DNA of 24,000 bases from Halorubrum virus HRTV-2, in the sequence record MZ334517.1. One strand, 5' to 3'. The position numbers and the translations under genes were made by a program. The notes beneath the pieces were generated by a model. It was given only the letters and a program-made list of their open reading frames with translations, ran no database searches and was not told where the DNA came from. This document shows positions 1 through 8,247 of this stretch, in pieces (position 1 is the stretch's first letter; each line of letters begins with the position of its first letter).

Positions 1-1011
1 TTCTTCGGGTTCGACCGAGCCGTCGGTGCGGGCGAAGTAGTTGATGAGGTCGTCCAGCACAGCCGGGATGTTGGCCTCGCTGTCGCCCTCGTCGTCGGCC
101 TCGTCGGCCTCGTCGTCAGCCGTCTCCGCGGGAGCCTGCGCGGCCTGTGCGCCGCCGTCGGTGGCCTTCGCGGGTTCGGCCTCGGCTTCCGGCTCGGGCG
201 CGTCAGCGGCCTCGTCGTCGGCCTCGTCGCCGTCGCCGAAGTTGTCGATGGTGATGCGCTCGCCGGTCTTCGAGTCGAGGAGGATGGGCGTGGAGTACGT
301 CACCTCGCCGTCGTCGCCTTCCAGCGACTCCTCGATGATGAACAGTTCCATCTCGCGGCCCTCGATGCCGTCGCGGATGGCCGGGTCCATCGTGGTGAGC
401 CAGCCGTGCTGTTCGTACTTCGGGTTGCCGTCTTCGCGGGTGCCGCCGTCGTCGTTGATGATGCCGTCACCCTCGGCGGTCAGCAACTTGGCGAGCGTGC
501 GAACCCACGACTTGTTCTTGAGGAGCATCGAGACCTCGCCGACGACGATGGCGTTGTCTTCGGTCTCCACGTCGAGGTCGCTGTTGACCTCGATGTCGTC
601 TCCGGCCTCGACCGCCACACCAACGGGGGTGTAGAAGTAGTCGTTGCCGCCGAACGTCTCGGAGAAGCCGAGAACGCGCGGGTGGTTGAGGATTTCCTCG
701 GCGGTCATCTCGTTGCCGTCGCGGTTCAGGACGAGGCCCGTGTCCGGGTCCACGTCGAAGAACTTGCCGGGCGAGAAGACCTTCCACGTATCGGGCTTGT
801 CCTCGCGCTGGAAGACGATGCCGTCCAGCACCTTCACGTCCTCGAAGCCGACGACGAACGTGTCGCCGTACTGCGAGTCGAAGGCGTTCACGCGGTTGCC
901 GACGACGGACAGCGCGCTGTACTTCTGGAGTTTCAGCGTGATGTCATCGAAGTCGCCGCCGCTGGTCGAGGAGCCGGTGCCGCTTCCGCTGTAGGAGTTG
1001 TATCGGGACAT
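1..1011 (-). CDS. Partial acidic hypothetical protein, C-terminus beyond window edge (MSRYNSYSGSGTGSSTSGGDFDDITLKLQKYSALSVVGNRVNAFDSQYGDTFVVGFEDV...)
   Basis: Manual reverse-complement translation is open from ATG at 1011 to the window edge; acidic Ala/Asp/Glu-rich C-terminal part; not in the ORF track because it has no stop in the window. The plus ORFs over it are Ser/Ala low-complexity shadows. Confidence 0.85.
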   Translation of the reverse strand, partial: MSRYNSYSGSGTGSSTSGGDFDDITLKLQKYSALSVVGNRVNAFDSQYGDTFVVGFEDVKVLDGIVFQREDKPDTWKVFSPGKFFDVDPDTGLVLNRDGNEMTAEEILNHPRVLGFSETFGGNDYFYTPVGVAVEAGDDIEVNSDLDVETEDNAIVVGEVSMLLKNKSWVRTLAKLLTAEGDGIINDDGGTREDGNPKYEQHGWLTTMDPAIRDGIEGREMELFIIEESLEGDDGEVTYSTPILLDSKTGERITIDNFGDGDEADDEAADAPEPEAEAEPAKATDGGAQAAQAPAETADDEADEADDEGDSEANIPAVLDDLINYFARTDGSVEPEE

Positions 1012-1071
1012 TGTTGTGTTGTGGTTGTGTTTGCTCCGAGTTCCGGTAGGGCACGTCGTTCGTGCCTACCC

Positions 1072-1136
1072 AAAGAATTGAGTCGTTCAGACTTAACTCT
1101 ATCGCTAAGAGTTGAGTCTTGCCGAGTCAATTCTTT
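1072..1136. promoter_or_regulatory. 65-bp nested imperfect palindrome, candidate regulatory/promoter region
   Basis: AAAGAATTGAGTC (1072) mirrored by GAGTCAATTCTTT (ends 1136); inner AGACTTAACTCT (1089-1100) mirrored by AGAGTTGAGTCT (1108-1119); common centre at about 1104; arms match about 25/32. Confidence 0.6.
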
Positions 1137-1160
1137 CCGCGGTGGAGTAGGCCGCGGATG

Positions 1161-1214
1161 CCGACCGGCGGAGTCGAACCGCCGACGTAGAGTGTTTACG
1201 TGCGCCAGCGTCGG
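1161..1214 (-). other. tRNA-like element (T-arm plus short acceptor-like stem, no canonical cloverleaf)
   Basis: Minus strand: CCGAC - 25 nt - CGGCGG TTCGACT CCGCCG - GTCGG. 6-bp T-stem with a T-loop-like heptamer stacked on a 5-bp stem. Confidence 0.45.
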
Positions 1215-1443
1215 TGTGAGCGAGGTAGGAGGGAGATAGCATCAGGGGGAGCCGGGGCGGGAAGCCCCGGAAACAAATTGTGAGATTTGAGCCGATGAGG
1301 CTCGGGGTTAGACAGCAGGTGGTAGGCGCTTTCGTATCAGTTCGTGGTCGGGAGTAGCAGGAGGGAGAGAGACAGGAGAGAGACTGCGAGATTCGTCGTG
1401 GCAAGAACACCGGCAGAGGTTGCCGCAGGGGCGACAGCGGCAG

Positions 1444-1950
1444 TTATTCATCGTCTTCCCACCCCGGAACGTCGTCTTCGTGGTCGCGCTCCGCGGCGGC
1501 TTTGTATGCCTCGGCGAGTTCTTCGTCGTCGGCGTCATCGGCTCGCACCGCGTCCCACAGAACCATCGGGTTGCCGCCGACAATTTCCATCGGAACCGTC
1601 GCGCCGCGGATGTCAGCGATTTCGTCAGCGCCCACTGCGTCCATCAGCACGTACAGGAGCGAGTCGTCGTCGCTCCGGCCTCGGGGGAGGTCGAAGACCA
1701 GCGAGCCGGGGTCTTCGTAGTCGCTTGCGGAGACCGGGACGACGACCTTCCAGTCGGGCTGGAAGTACCCGCCGAAGTCTTTGATGTCCGGCTCGCCGAG
1801 CGTCGCCTCGAACACGCGGTCGGTGATTGCTTCGACCTCGCTGATGGCGGCCTCGACGGCTTCTGCGCCGCTGATGGGGCGTTCGGGTGCTGTGCTACGG
1901 AACGGACTAAGCGCCGCGAAGACGCTTGCGATGGCTACTGTCAGGTTCAT
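1444..1950 (-). CDS. Hypothetical acidic protein, 168 aa
   Basis: ORF track; haloarchaeal composition; starts 25 nt after tRNA-Gln; leader GAGCAACCTTCCAAACC-ATG. Confidence 0.75.
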   Translation of the reverse strand: MNLTVAIASVFAALSPFRSTAPERPISGAEAVEAAISEVEAITDRVFEATLGEPDIKDFGGYFQPDWKVVVPVSASDYEDPGSLVFDLPRGRSDDDSLLYVLMDAVGADEIADIRGATVPMEIVGGNPMVLWDAVRADDADDEELAEAYKAAAERDHEDDVPGWEDDE

Positions 1951-1975
1951 GGTTTGGAAGGTTGCTCGGGTCGCA

Positions 1976-2048
1976 TAGCCCTGCGCGGAGTCGAACCGCG
2001 GTCCCGAGTTCCAAAGACTCGGATGATTGGCCGCTACACCACAGGGCT
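1976..2048 (-). tRNA. tRNA-Gln(UUG)
   Basis: Minus strand AGCCCTGTGGTGTAGCGGCCAATCATCCGAGTCTTTGGAACTCGGGACCGCGGTTCGACTCCGCGCAGGGCTA: 7-bp acceptor AGCCCTG/CAGGGCT, anticodon stem CGAGT/ACTCG with loop CTTTGGA (anticodon TTG), T-arm CGCGG TTCGACT CCGCG, discriminator A. CCA not encoded. Confidence 0.9.
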
Positions 2049-2297
2049 TCTAAGGTGACGCTCGTCACACGCCACCACTTGCTTGTCACTTGATTGCTAC
2101 CACACTGTGCCACGCGGTTTCGCTGTTAGGCTACCCAAGAACGTGCGGTTAACCTCGGGCCGGGAGACCAGTCCGGCTAATATAGGCGACGATTTGTGTA
2201 ACAGGTGATTTGATGGTGGACTGCTCTTTTGCGTTGGCGGCAGTCCTCGGGTTTCGGCCAAAATCAGTTCAGGCGTTCCTCGGAGGTTCAGTGTAAA

Positions 2298-2316
2298 AGG
2301 CGGCGTGAAGCCGCCT
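2298..2316. other. Perfect 7-bp hairpin AGGCGGC-GTGAA-GCCGCCT
   Basis: Direct reading; intergenic. Confidence 0.55.
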
Positions 2317-2629
2317 GCCCTACCGGAACTAACGGCGGGACACAACCTTCCGAGGGCCGTACAAGCCCTCACGAGAATCCACGCCGCGCCCGCTCTTAAG
2401 GATTGATGACCGTCAGAACGGAGGCGGGGGGCCTCGGGGGGTGTGTCCTCGGAACGAGGTTCGCCGCCCGTTGGGGCAACGCCCTCACTAAACTAAACGC
2501 GACCTGATGACTTAACTCTGTCGGCTTCAATTCTTTGGGAGAGCCTGAAATGTACGGTATCCTTCATGAAACCGCACATTTGGTGAGCAACAATTAAGTC
2601 TTTGGGAGTTCTTTCTTTCATCGTTGGTT

Positions 2630-3232
2630 ATGAGCCAAAGCAAGAGCGAGGGTGAGAGGACACACACGAACAGCGAGCGTGTTGTTCGTTGTCCTGCCAC
2701 ATACCCCGACGGTTCACAGTGCGAGAAGGAAGTTCTTTCTCGCGCTTTGCACCTTCACGTACTCCGTAAGAGCGACGAAGCGCACGGTGAATCAGGCGAC
2801 ATACCGCCGAATCTCGACGTTGAACACGCCGAGGTCGTCGGTGAGAAGGAAGTCGAGGTGGACTACCCCGAAGAACGCGAGCAGGAGGAAGTCGCCCGAC
2901 AGTGCCCGTACTGCCAGCAGGTGTTCCGCGGGAAACAGGGCCTCGAAATTCACTTCGGGCAGGTCGTCGGGCGGATGAACCACCCGAAAGACCGCGACGA
3001 GTTCCCCGAGGCGACCGAGTGCCCCATCGTCCGGGTTGACGACAACAAGAACGTTATTGATGTCGTCCAAGAAGGCGCGGTGATGCCTTCGACCCGCCAG
3101 CGGAAGGAAGGACAGCGGCGTGAAGATGAGACGGTCGATGATTTCATCGCCCGGCTCCGCGCTTCGGGCCGGGACGACCAAGCCGACGCGGTAGAAGAAG
3201 CCCTTCAGGAGATGGGCGAAAAACTCTCTTAG
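2630..3232 (+). CDS. C2H2-type zinc-finger protein, about 200 aa
   Basis: Contains CPYCQQVFRGKQGLEIHFGQVVGRMNH (CxxC...HxxxxxxxxH-like) and an N-terminal CPATYPDGSQCEKEVLSRALHLHVLRKSDEAH; ATG at 2630 preferred over the upstream TTG. Confidence 0.75.
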   Translation: MSQSKSEGERTHTNSERVVRCPATYPDGSQCEKEVLSRALHLHVLRKSDEAHGESGDIPPNLDVEHAEVVGEKEVEVDYPEEREQEEVARQCPYCQQVFRGKQGLEIHFGQVVGRMNHPKDRDEFPEATECPIVRVDDNKNVIDVVQEGAVMPSTRQRKEGQRREDETVDDFIARLRASGRDDQADAVEEALQEMGEKLS

Positions 3233-3768
3233 TTTTCTTCTGCGTTCCACAAGTCCTCGAAGTAGGATTGCGTGTACTTAGCCTCGGCTCCGTAGCGGGA
3301 GGTCTCTCGAAGGCGGTCTACGTAGCCCATAATCTCGATGAGGCCGCCCTCGGTCAGGTGGAGGTCGTCTTCGACTCGGGGGAGGATTTCTTCGAGCATG
3401 ATGATGGCTTCTTCGTGGTTCACGACGAGGTAGTCCATCATCGGCATCAAGAAGTTGCGGATGCCCTCGGGGCTTTTGGCCTCGAAGACGAACGAGCCGC
3501 TGTCGCTTCGCTTCGTGATGCTGTGGTCTACGTCGTAGTCTTCGCAGTAGGCATCCAACTTCCCCATCAGGACTTCTTGGTCTTCGGGGCGGTTGATTCT
3601 GATGAGTGGATGGAAGCGGAAGCCGATGCGGGTGTCTTCGGTTTTCGTGAGTTGGGCTGTCACACTGCCCACTACGTCGAAGACTCCGGCGAGGTGGGCT
3701 ACGTGGTCTCGTTCCATACGAGTTGGTTGGAGTGCTGTGCCTTTTAATGCTACTGCTTGTTCTGTCAT
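3229..3768 (-). CDS. LAGLIDADG-fold-like protein with degenerate motif, 179 aa
   Basis: HVAHLAGVFDVVGSVTAQLTKT resembles LAGLIDADG helix + GS(V/F) strand; penultimate acidic residue replaced by Val. Confidence 0.6.
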   Translation of the reverse strand: MTEQAVALKGTALQPTRMERDHVAHLAGVFDVVGSVTAQLTKTEDTRIGFRFHPLIRINRPEDQEVLMGKLDAYCEDYDVDHSITKRSDSGSFVFEAKSPEGIRNFLMPMMDYLVVNHEEAIIMLEEILPRVEDDLHLTEGGLIEIMGYVDRLRETSRYGAEAKYTQSYFEDLWNAEEN

Positions 3769-3782
3769 TTGTGTTCTTGCTC

Positions 3783-3811
3783 AAAGAATTGACCCCGACA
3801 GAGTTAAGTCT
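3783..3811. promoter_or_regulatory. AAAGAATTGA-N7-AGAGTTAAGTCT promoter/operator-like box
   Basis: Same box and same 7-nt spacing, inverted, at about 2508-2536; sits directly upstream of the 3768 start. Confidence 0.5.
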
Positions 3812-3887
3812 TCGGGGAGCGTTTAGTTTAGTGAGGGCAATCGGGCTGGTGTCCCTCACCTCTTCTCTTGGGTTACTTCGCGTTCTA

Positions 3888-3914
3888 TACTACTCTCTGT
3901 TAGAGAGCGTAGTA
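3888..3914. repeat. Inverted repeat TACTACTCTCT-GTTAG-AGAGCGTAGTA
   Basis: 10 of 11 bp complementary with 5-nt loop; flanked by direct repeats CGTTCTA(T/C)ACTAC at 3881 and 3921. Confidence 0.6.
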
Positions 3915-3965
3915 AGAGAGCGTTCTACACTACCGAGCCTCATCGAGTTACAGCACGAGTTTCTA

Positions 3966-3990
3966 CTCTTAGAGTTTCTATCTCTTAGAG
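3966..3990. promoter_or_regulatory. Tandem CTCTTAGAG boxes, 16 bp apart
   Basis: CTCTTAGAG at 3966-3974 and 3982-3990, related CCTTAGAGAGAG near 4012, between divergent genes. Confidence 0.5.
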
Positions 3991-4090
3991 TATCCCCCTC
4001 TGTAGTCTCCCCCTTAGAGAGAGCGTGAAATCTTCTGTGTGAAGTCACGCTGACGAGGTGGTCCCCGCTGGTCTCTGCCCTCTGGTATCT

Positions 4091-4573
4091 ATGGAACACA
4101 TCTCCGAGAAGCAACCGCCGAGTGTCCTTACTTCAGACACCGAGAACGCGACTACTATTCAACCGAGTGAAGCACCGCCCTCCCAACGGGAGAAATACGA
4201 ACGACTTCGGGCCTACAACACAGGTCTCTGGAACGGCCCGAAGCGCGAGAATAAGAAGGCGATGCACCGGCAGGACGACCTCCACAGGTTCGACGCCGTT
4301 GCCTCGCAACTTGAACTCACGCCGTTCCAGAAGGAACGTGGCCGTGAAATCTTCGATGAACTCGACTACTTCGGCCCTCCAGTCGAACACACTATCTTTG
4401 CTGTCTGTGCTGTTGTAGCGAACGCTGACTATCCTGAAGGCACTCGATACTGGCCGCATCCACAGAAGGAAGACAACGACCCGATGTTCACCGAAATGGC
4501 CGACGAGTTGGACATGTCTGTCTCGAAGCAGATGTCCACGGTCATGAAGGTGAAGTCTCGCACGGGGTTGTGA
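4091..4573 (+). CDS. Small helical protein, possibly TFB/cyclin-repeat-like
   Basis: ORF (start chosen at MEHISEKQ); segment FDAVASQLELTPFQKERGREIFDELDYF...EHTIFAVCAVVANADYPEGTRYWPHPQ resembles the cyclin-like repeat of archaeal TFB; stop overlaps next start (TGATG). Confidence 0.6.
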   Translation: MEHISEKQPPSVLTSDTENATTIQPSEAPPSQREKYERLRAYNTGLWNGPKRENKKAMHRQDDLHRFDAVASQLELTPFQKERGREIFDELDYFGPPVEHTIFAVCAVVANADYPEGTRYWPHPQKEDNDPMFTEMADELDMSVSKQMSTVMKVKSRTGL

Positions 4574-5058
4574 TGCCTGTTCTGACTATTCTTGCCGACA
4601 ATCGAGAGCAGAAGGGCTGGTCGTTCGAGGACTACCCGGTCGAGGTCGAGAACGTGACGCTCGAAACCGGGGACTACACAATCCCTGAAGCCTGCGACTA
4701 CGACGAGCGGCTGGACACCTACATCCCCGAGTTCGCCGTCGAGCGGAAGTCGGGGCAGGACTTCCTTCAGTCTATCACTCACGGTCGGGAACGCTTCAAG
4801 GCGGAGATTAAGCGTGCCGAGTCGTGGGATGACCCGCTGAAGGTGAACGTCGCCGAGCCGTGGACGACCTTCCAGAACCGCTATTCGGAGTTGCTGAAGT
4901 TCAGGAAGGTGTACCCGAATCAAATCGCCGGGACGGTTCGGGAGTGGGAGAAGTGGTACAACGTGGGGTTTCACTTCTACCCGAACCGAGCCGCCGCCGA
5001 GCAGGACACGTTCGATACGCTGATGACGTGGTATCGAGCGCATCAGTACCTCCCCTGA
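4573..5058 (+). CDS. ERCC4/XPF-type nuclease domain protein
   Basis: Motifs LADNREQKGW, LETGDYTI, FAVERKSGQDFLQSI, GRERFKAEIKRA match the ERCC4 GDxnERKxxxD nuclease signature. Confidence 0.85.
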   Translation: MPVLTILADNREQKGWSFEDYPVEVENVTLETGDYTIPEACDYDERLDTYIPEFAVERKSGQDFLQSITHGRERFKAEIKRAESWDDPLKVNVAEPWTTFQNRYSELLKFRKVYPNQIAGTVREWEKWYNVGFHFYPNRAAAEQDTFDTLMTWYRAHQYLP

Positions 5059-5182
5059 GTACGTATCGCGGCATACGGTTTACGAGAGCCGTTGTCGCGG
5101 TACGGTTCAAAGACGATTCTCATTTGCGGGCCTCATCGGCTCATAGAACGGAGTTAGTTTGTATCGCTGTGCCGCAGTAACG

Positions 5183-5190
5183 TTTATAAG
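5183..5190 (+). promoter_or_regulatory. Archaeal TATA-box-like TTTATAAG upstream of the tRNA-Leu-like/att region
   Basis: AACGTTTATAAGCAACC in intergenic DNA. Confidence 0.5.
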
Positions 5191-5254
5191 CAACCCCCGG
5201 AAAGTACCGTTACCGAAGTAGAAATCGGGTGGGTACTTTAAGTCAGGCCGTCGT

Positions 5255-5271
5255 TACGGGCCGCAGGCCCG
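5255..5271. repeat. Perfect inverted repeat ACGGGCC-GCA-GGCCCGT beside the att core
   Basis: 7/7 complementary arms, 3-nt loop. Confidence 0.7.
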
Positions 5272-5272
5272 T

Positions 5273-5329
5273 CGCGGCGTTGAGGGCGCTGTCCTGTAGA
5301 GGTCCGCCGGTTCAAATCCGGTCCCACGC
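5273..5329 (+). other. Probable attachment site: 3' portion of a tRNA-Leu(GAG) gene
   Basis: GCGGCGTTGAGGGCGCTGTCCTGTAGAGGTCCGCCGGTTCAAATCCGGTCCCACGCA: anticodon arm CGGCG-TTGAGGG-CGCTG (GAG), long variable arm CCT-GTAG-AGG, T-arm GCCGG-TTCAAAT-CCGGT, 3' acceptor CCCACGC+A; canonical 5' half absent or degenerate; 48 bp upstream of the integrase start. Confidence 0.8.
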
Positions 5330-5377
5330 ATCAGACGGCTCCGCCGTCTTGCGATTTTTACTTCGGTAGGTCAACCC

Positions 5378-6541
5378 ATGAACGCAGACCTACCAATCAC
5401 CCTCGAAAACTGCGACGTAGACGTACAGCACAATCTCGACCCCGGTCGAAGTATCGTCGTCGTCCCGAAAACGCTGGACGGCGCGCTGACCGACCGGCAA
5501 CTCGTAGATTACAAAGACCAACGAGTGAAGTTCTTGTCATGGCTGTTGAACGTCGGGAAGAACCCCCACCGCGCGTCAGGATACGCGCCGTACACCGTCT
5601 ATAGCGACGCTTACCGGACGGCTCGGTTCGACCAGTGGGTGTGGGAACAGCGGGACGAATACAAGTACCCACCCGATGAGCAGGACGCTCACGACTACAT
5701 CGACCACCTCGCCTACTCCGACAAAGGGCAGGTCGAGAAAGGCAAACTTCAGGAAGGCATCGAACACCTCAACAAATGGCTTCAGCACACGACCGGCGAG
5801 CCGGAGTGGGAGTTCAAAGTCTCGTTCCGCTCGTCCAGCGGAAACCTCGAACCCCGCGACTACCTCTCGGCAGAGGAACGCCGCGCCGTCAGGCAGGCCG
5901 CCCTCAACGCCGGGAACATCCCCGCCTACAACTCGCTGTCACCAGCGGAGCGTCGCGGCTGGAAGCAACACATCTCGAAGATTCTCGGCAAGCCCTACGA
6001 GGACGTAACCCCCGAGGACTGGGGCGAAGTTGACGGGTGGGAAGTCACCTCGCTCGTTTGGGCCAGCCTCGACGCCGGGTTCCGACCCGATGAGGTCGGC
6101 AAGGCGAAGGTCTCGTGGGTGGACACCGAGAACGGCGTCCTTCGCATCCCCCACGAGGACTCCTCGAAGAACGAGGGGAACTGGACAGTCACGCTCACCG
6201 ACCGCACAACGACTGCGCTTCAACGGTGGCTCCGAGAGCGGGAGAACCGCCCTCGGTATGATGACTCCGAACTCTTGTGGCTTACCAGCCACGGGAACCC
6301 CCACGGCTCAAAGAGCCTGTCTCGCCTCATCAAGCGGCTCTGCGACGAGGCTGGCATCGACTACGAGAACCGGCAGATGTCGTGGTACACGATTCGTCAC
6401 TCCGTCGGGACTCATATGGCGCACCACCGCGACCTGAAGGCCGCGAAAAGTCAACTCCGCCACAAGAGTCCGAAGACGACCATGCAATACGACAACGTAT
6501 CCGTGGAAGACCGGCGCGACGCCCTCGACAAGATGGGCTAA
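5378..6541 (+). CDS. Tyrosine recombinase/integrase
   Basis: ASLDAGFRPDEVGKAKVSW (Arg I region), MSWYTIRHSVGTHMAHHRDLKAAKSQLRHKSPKTTMQYDNV (R-box II with YxxR in place of HxxR, and terminal Tyr); adjacent tRNA-derived att site. Confidence 0.9.
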   Translation: MNADLPITLENCDVDVQHNLDPGRSIVVVPKTLDGALTDRQLVDYKDQRVKFLSWLLNVGKNPHRASGYAPYTVYSDAYRTARFDQWVWEQRDEYKYPPDEQDAHDYIDHLAYSDKGQVEKGKLQEGIEHLNKWLQHTTGEPEWEFKVSFRSSSGNLEPRDYLSAEERRAVRQAALNAGNIPAYNSLSPAERRGWKQHISKILGKPYEDVTPEDWGEVDGWEVTSLVWASLDAGFRPDEVGKAKVSWVDTENGVLRIPHEDSSKNEGNWTVTLTDRTTTALQRWLRERENRPRYDDSELLWLTSHGNPHGSKSLSRLIKRLCDEAGIDYENRQMSWYTIRHSVGTHMAHHRDLKAAKSQLRHKSPKTTMQYDNVSVEDRRDALDKMG

Positions 6542-6810
6542 TCGCCCGCGTCTTCAGGTTCTTCTTGCGTGATGTGGAGTTCTTCACCAGTTGACGTAAC
6601 CCACACCCACTCGTCGTCGGTCGGGACGAACGTCACCGCTTCCTCGTTGCCGACCGTCATTTTAAGACCGCCGACGTGAACTGAGTCGGGTGGGGCCTCG
6701 TACAGCGTCGTGTCGTCGTCCACATACGTTCCGAGAACGCGCACCATGTCTCCCTCGCGGTAAACGCTGACGTGCTTGAACGTCGCCGTGCCTTCGATTG
6801 TTCCAATCAT
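6538..6810 (-). CDS. Hypothetical protein, 90 aa
   Basis: ORF; stop codon overlaps the convergent integrase stop. Confidence 0.7.
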   Translation of the reverse strand: MIGTIEGTATFKHVSVYREGDMVRVLGTYVDDDTTLYEAPPDSVHVGGLKMTVGNEEAVTFVPTDDEWVWVTSTGEELHITQEEPEDAGD

Positions 6811-6988
6811 AGTTCGCTTTCTGTTAGTTGGCGTCTTAGTTCTTGTCGGTGTGCCTCGTCCAGTTCAGCAACCATACCACGGATTATTTGAACCGCTTCA
6901 TCTTCGCTGACGTGATGGAGTCCCCGCTCCGGGTGCTGGTCGTCTCCCTGAAGCCGATGACCCGGCACACGAACCGGAACGCTCGGAG

Positions 6989-7411
6989 TCACCACACCAC
7001 CTCGTCTTCGTCGTAGGCCGCGTACAGTTCGCCCATATGCTCCAGCATTGTGTCCGAGTCTGAAGCGTCTATCGGCTCCTCCGCGGCGGCGTTATGCCGA
7101 GTGATAGACAGGCAGGTGTCGCACAGCCCGTTGTTCGGGCCGGGCGTCTCGTTGCCGCAGACCTCGAAGTATTCGCACTCCAGTTCCTCCGCGCTCGGCT
7201 CCGGCTGGTATTCCTCCAACGCTTTGTTCATCCAGTACGACACCTGACTCTCGGAACACCCGAGGACGTGGGCGATTTCATACTGATACTTGTGCTTCTC
7301 GTTCAGTTTCACCATCAACTTGGCGTCCTTCCACGGCTCGCCCTTCTTAGCGAAGAAGGGGTTCGGGGAAGGGCCGAGTTCTTCGGTGAGGTCTCGCTCG
7401 CTTTTGCTCAT
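6989..7411 (-). CDS. Putative HTH plus Cys-cluster DNA-binding protein, 140 aa
   Basis: YQYEIAHVLGCSESQVSYWMNKAL resembles a helix-turn-helix; CEYFEVCGNETPGPNNGLCDTC is Cys-rich. Confidence 0.7.
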   Translation of the reverse strand: MSKSERDLTEELGPSPNPFFAKKGEPWKDAKLMVKLNEKHKYQYEIAHVLGCSESQVSYWMNKALEEYQPEPSAEELECEYFEVCGNETPGPNNGLCDTCLSITRHNAAAEEPIDASDSDTMLEHMGELYAAYDEDEVVW

Positions 7412-7629
7412 TTGATTGTCCCTATGGTTGAGATTTCCTCGATGAACTCCGGGTCGGGTTCATCGCAGTTGGGGCAGAGGTCAACAGGCGCGCCGCTGAA
7501 GCCGGGAGCGTCCGGCGTCGGCCAGCGCGTCTGCTTCCATCCGTCTTTCAGTTGGTACGACTTTCTACCACAGCCGTCGCATTTGTAGCCGTAGTAAAAC
7601 GACCGCCCGACCCAGTACCCCCGGCTCAT
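7408..7629 (-). CDS. Zinc-ribbon-like protein, 73 aa
   Basis: CDGCG...CPNCDEP; start overlaps upstream stop (ATGA). Confidence 0.75.
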   Translation of the reverse strand: MSRGYWVGRSFYYGYKCDGCGRKSYQLKDGWKQTRWPTPDAPGFSGAPVDLCPNCDEPDPEFIEEISTIGTIK

Positions 7630-7805
7630 CTGTCGCCTATCACCCGACAGTACGATTTCTCGCAGTCGGGTGAGTTACACTCGAACCGGGTGAACGGGTG
7701 TTCGTATTTGACTCGCGTCGCCCCCATCTCGCAGTCACACGTCAACTCCTCGTTGGCGTGTTCCCACCACTCCGGGGGAGTACGTCGGTCACTCGGCGGC
7801 CTCAT
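7626..7805 (-). CDS. Small Cys-rich protein, 59 aa (not in ORF track)
   Basis: Manual translation MRPPSDRRTPPEWWEHANEELTCDCEMGATRVKYEHPFTRFECNSPDCEKSYCRVIGDR; ATGA overlap with the 7629 start. Confidence 0.6.
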   Translation of the reverse strand: MRPPSDRRTPPEWWEHANEELTCDCEMGATRVKYEHPFTRFECNSPDCEKSYCRVIGDR

Positions 7806-7809
7806 CGGA

Positions 7810-8247
7810 CTACTCCGCGCTATACCGAAGCGTGTAGCCGTCCATTTCCAACTCCACGCACCCCGAGTCGGGGTCGGGGTCTACGTAGATGTCTACTCGT
7901 TCGTTCCCTTCGTGGAACGCCTGCTCGATGTGAAGGACTCGTTCTTCGGCGTAAGAAGAAACGTCGTCCCACTCGGTGATGTCGGGCAGGTCGATGCGGT
8001 CGCCGTCCGGGGTGTCGAGTTCATCGTACTCGAAGCGGTACGTGCGGGTTTCCTCACACGACCACCCCTCGCCCCACCGGCCCTCGACGTAGCGACAACG
8101 CTCGTGGAAGATGGCCGCGCCATCCTCGATTACGGGGTTGTCAACGTCGCCGAGTTCCCACTCGTGTTCGTGAGCGTGAGGCTCGATGATGCCGCCGCGG
8201 ATGAGGTCACGCCGAGAGGTTCCCGGCGGGTAGTTGCTCCCGACCAT
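7810..8247 (-). CDS. Acidic hypothetical protein, 145 aa
   Basis: ORF; haloarchaeal composition. Confidence 0.75.
   Translation of the reverse strand: MVGSNYPPGTSRRDLIRGGIIEPHAHEHEWELGDVDNPVIEDGAAIFHERCRYVEGRWGEGWSCEETRTYRFEYDELDTPDGDRIDLPDITEWDDVSSYAEERVLHIEQAFHEGNERVDIYVDPDPDSGCVELEMDGYTLRYSAE

Noticed and set aside
406-1239. Plus-strand ORFs over the left edge (41..634, 406..1239)
   Set aside because: Serine/alanine or valine-rich antisense frames; the minus frame 1011 to 1 gives a normal acidic protein.
5227-5329. Annotation as a complete functional tRNA-Leu
   Set aside because: D-arm pairing is absent, an acceptor pair is mismatched and a 17-nt hairpin interrupts the 5' half, so it fits an att-derived fragment better.
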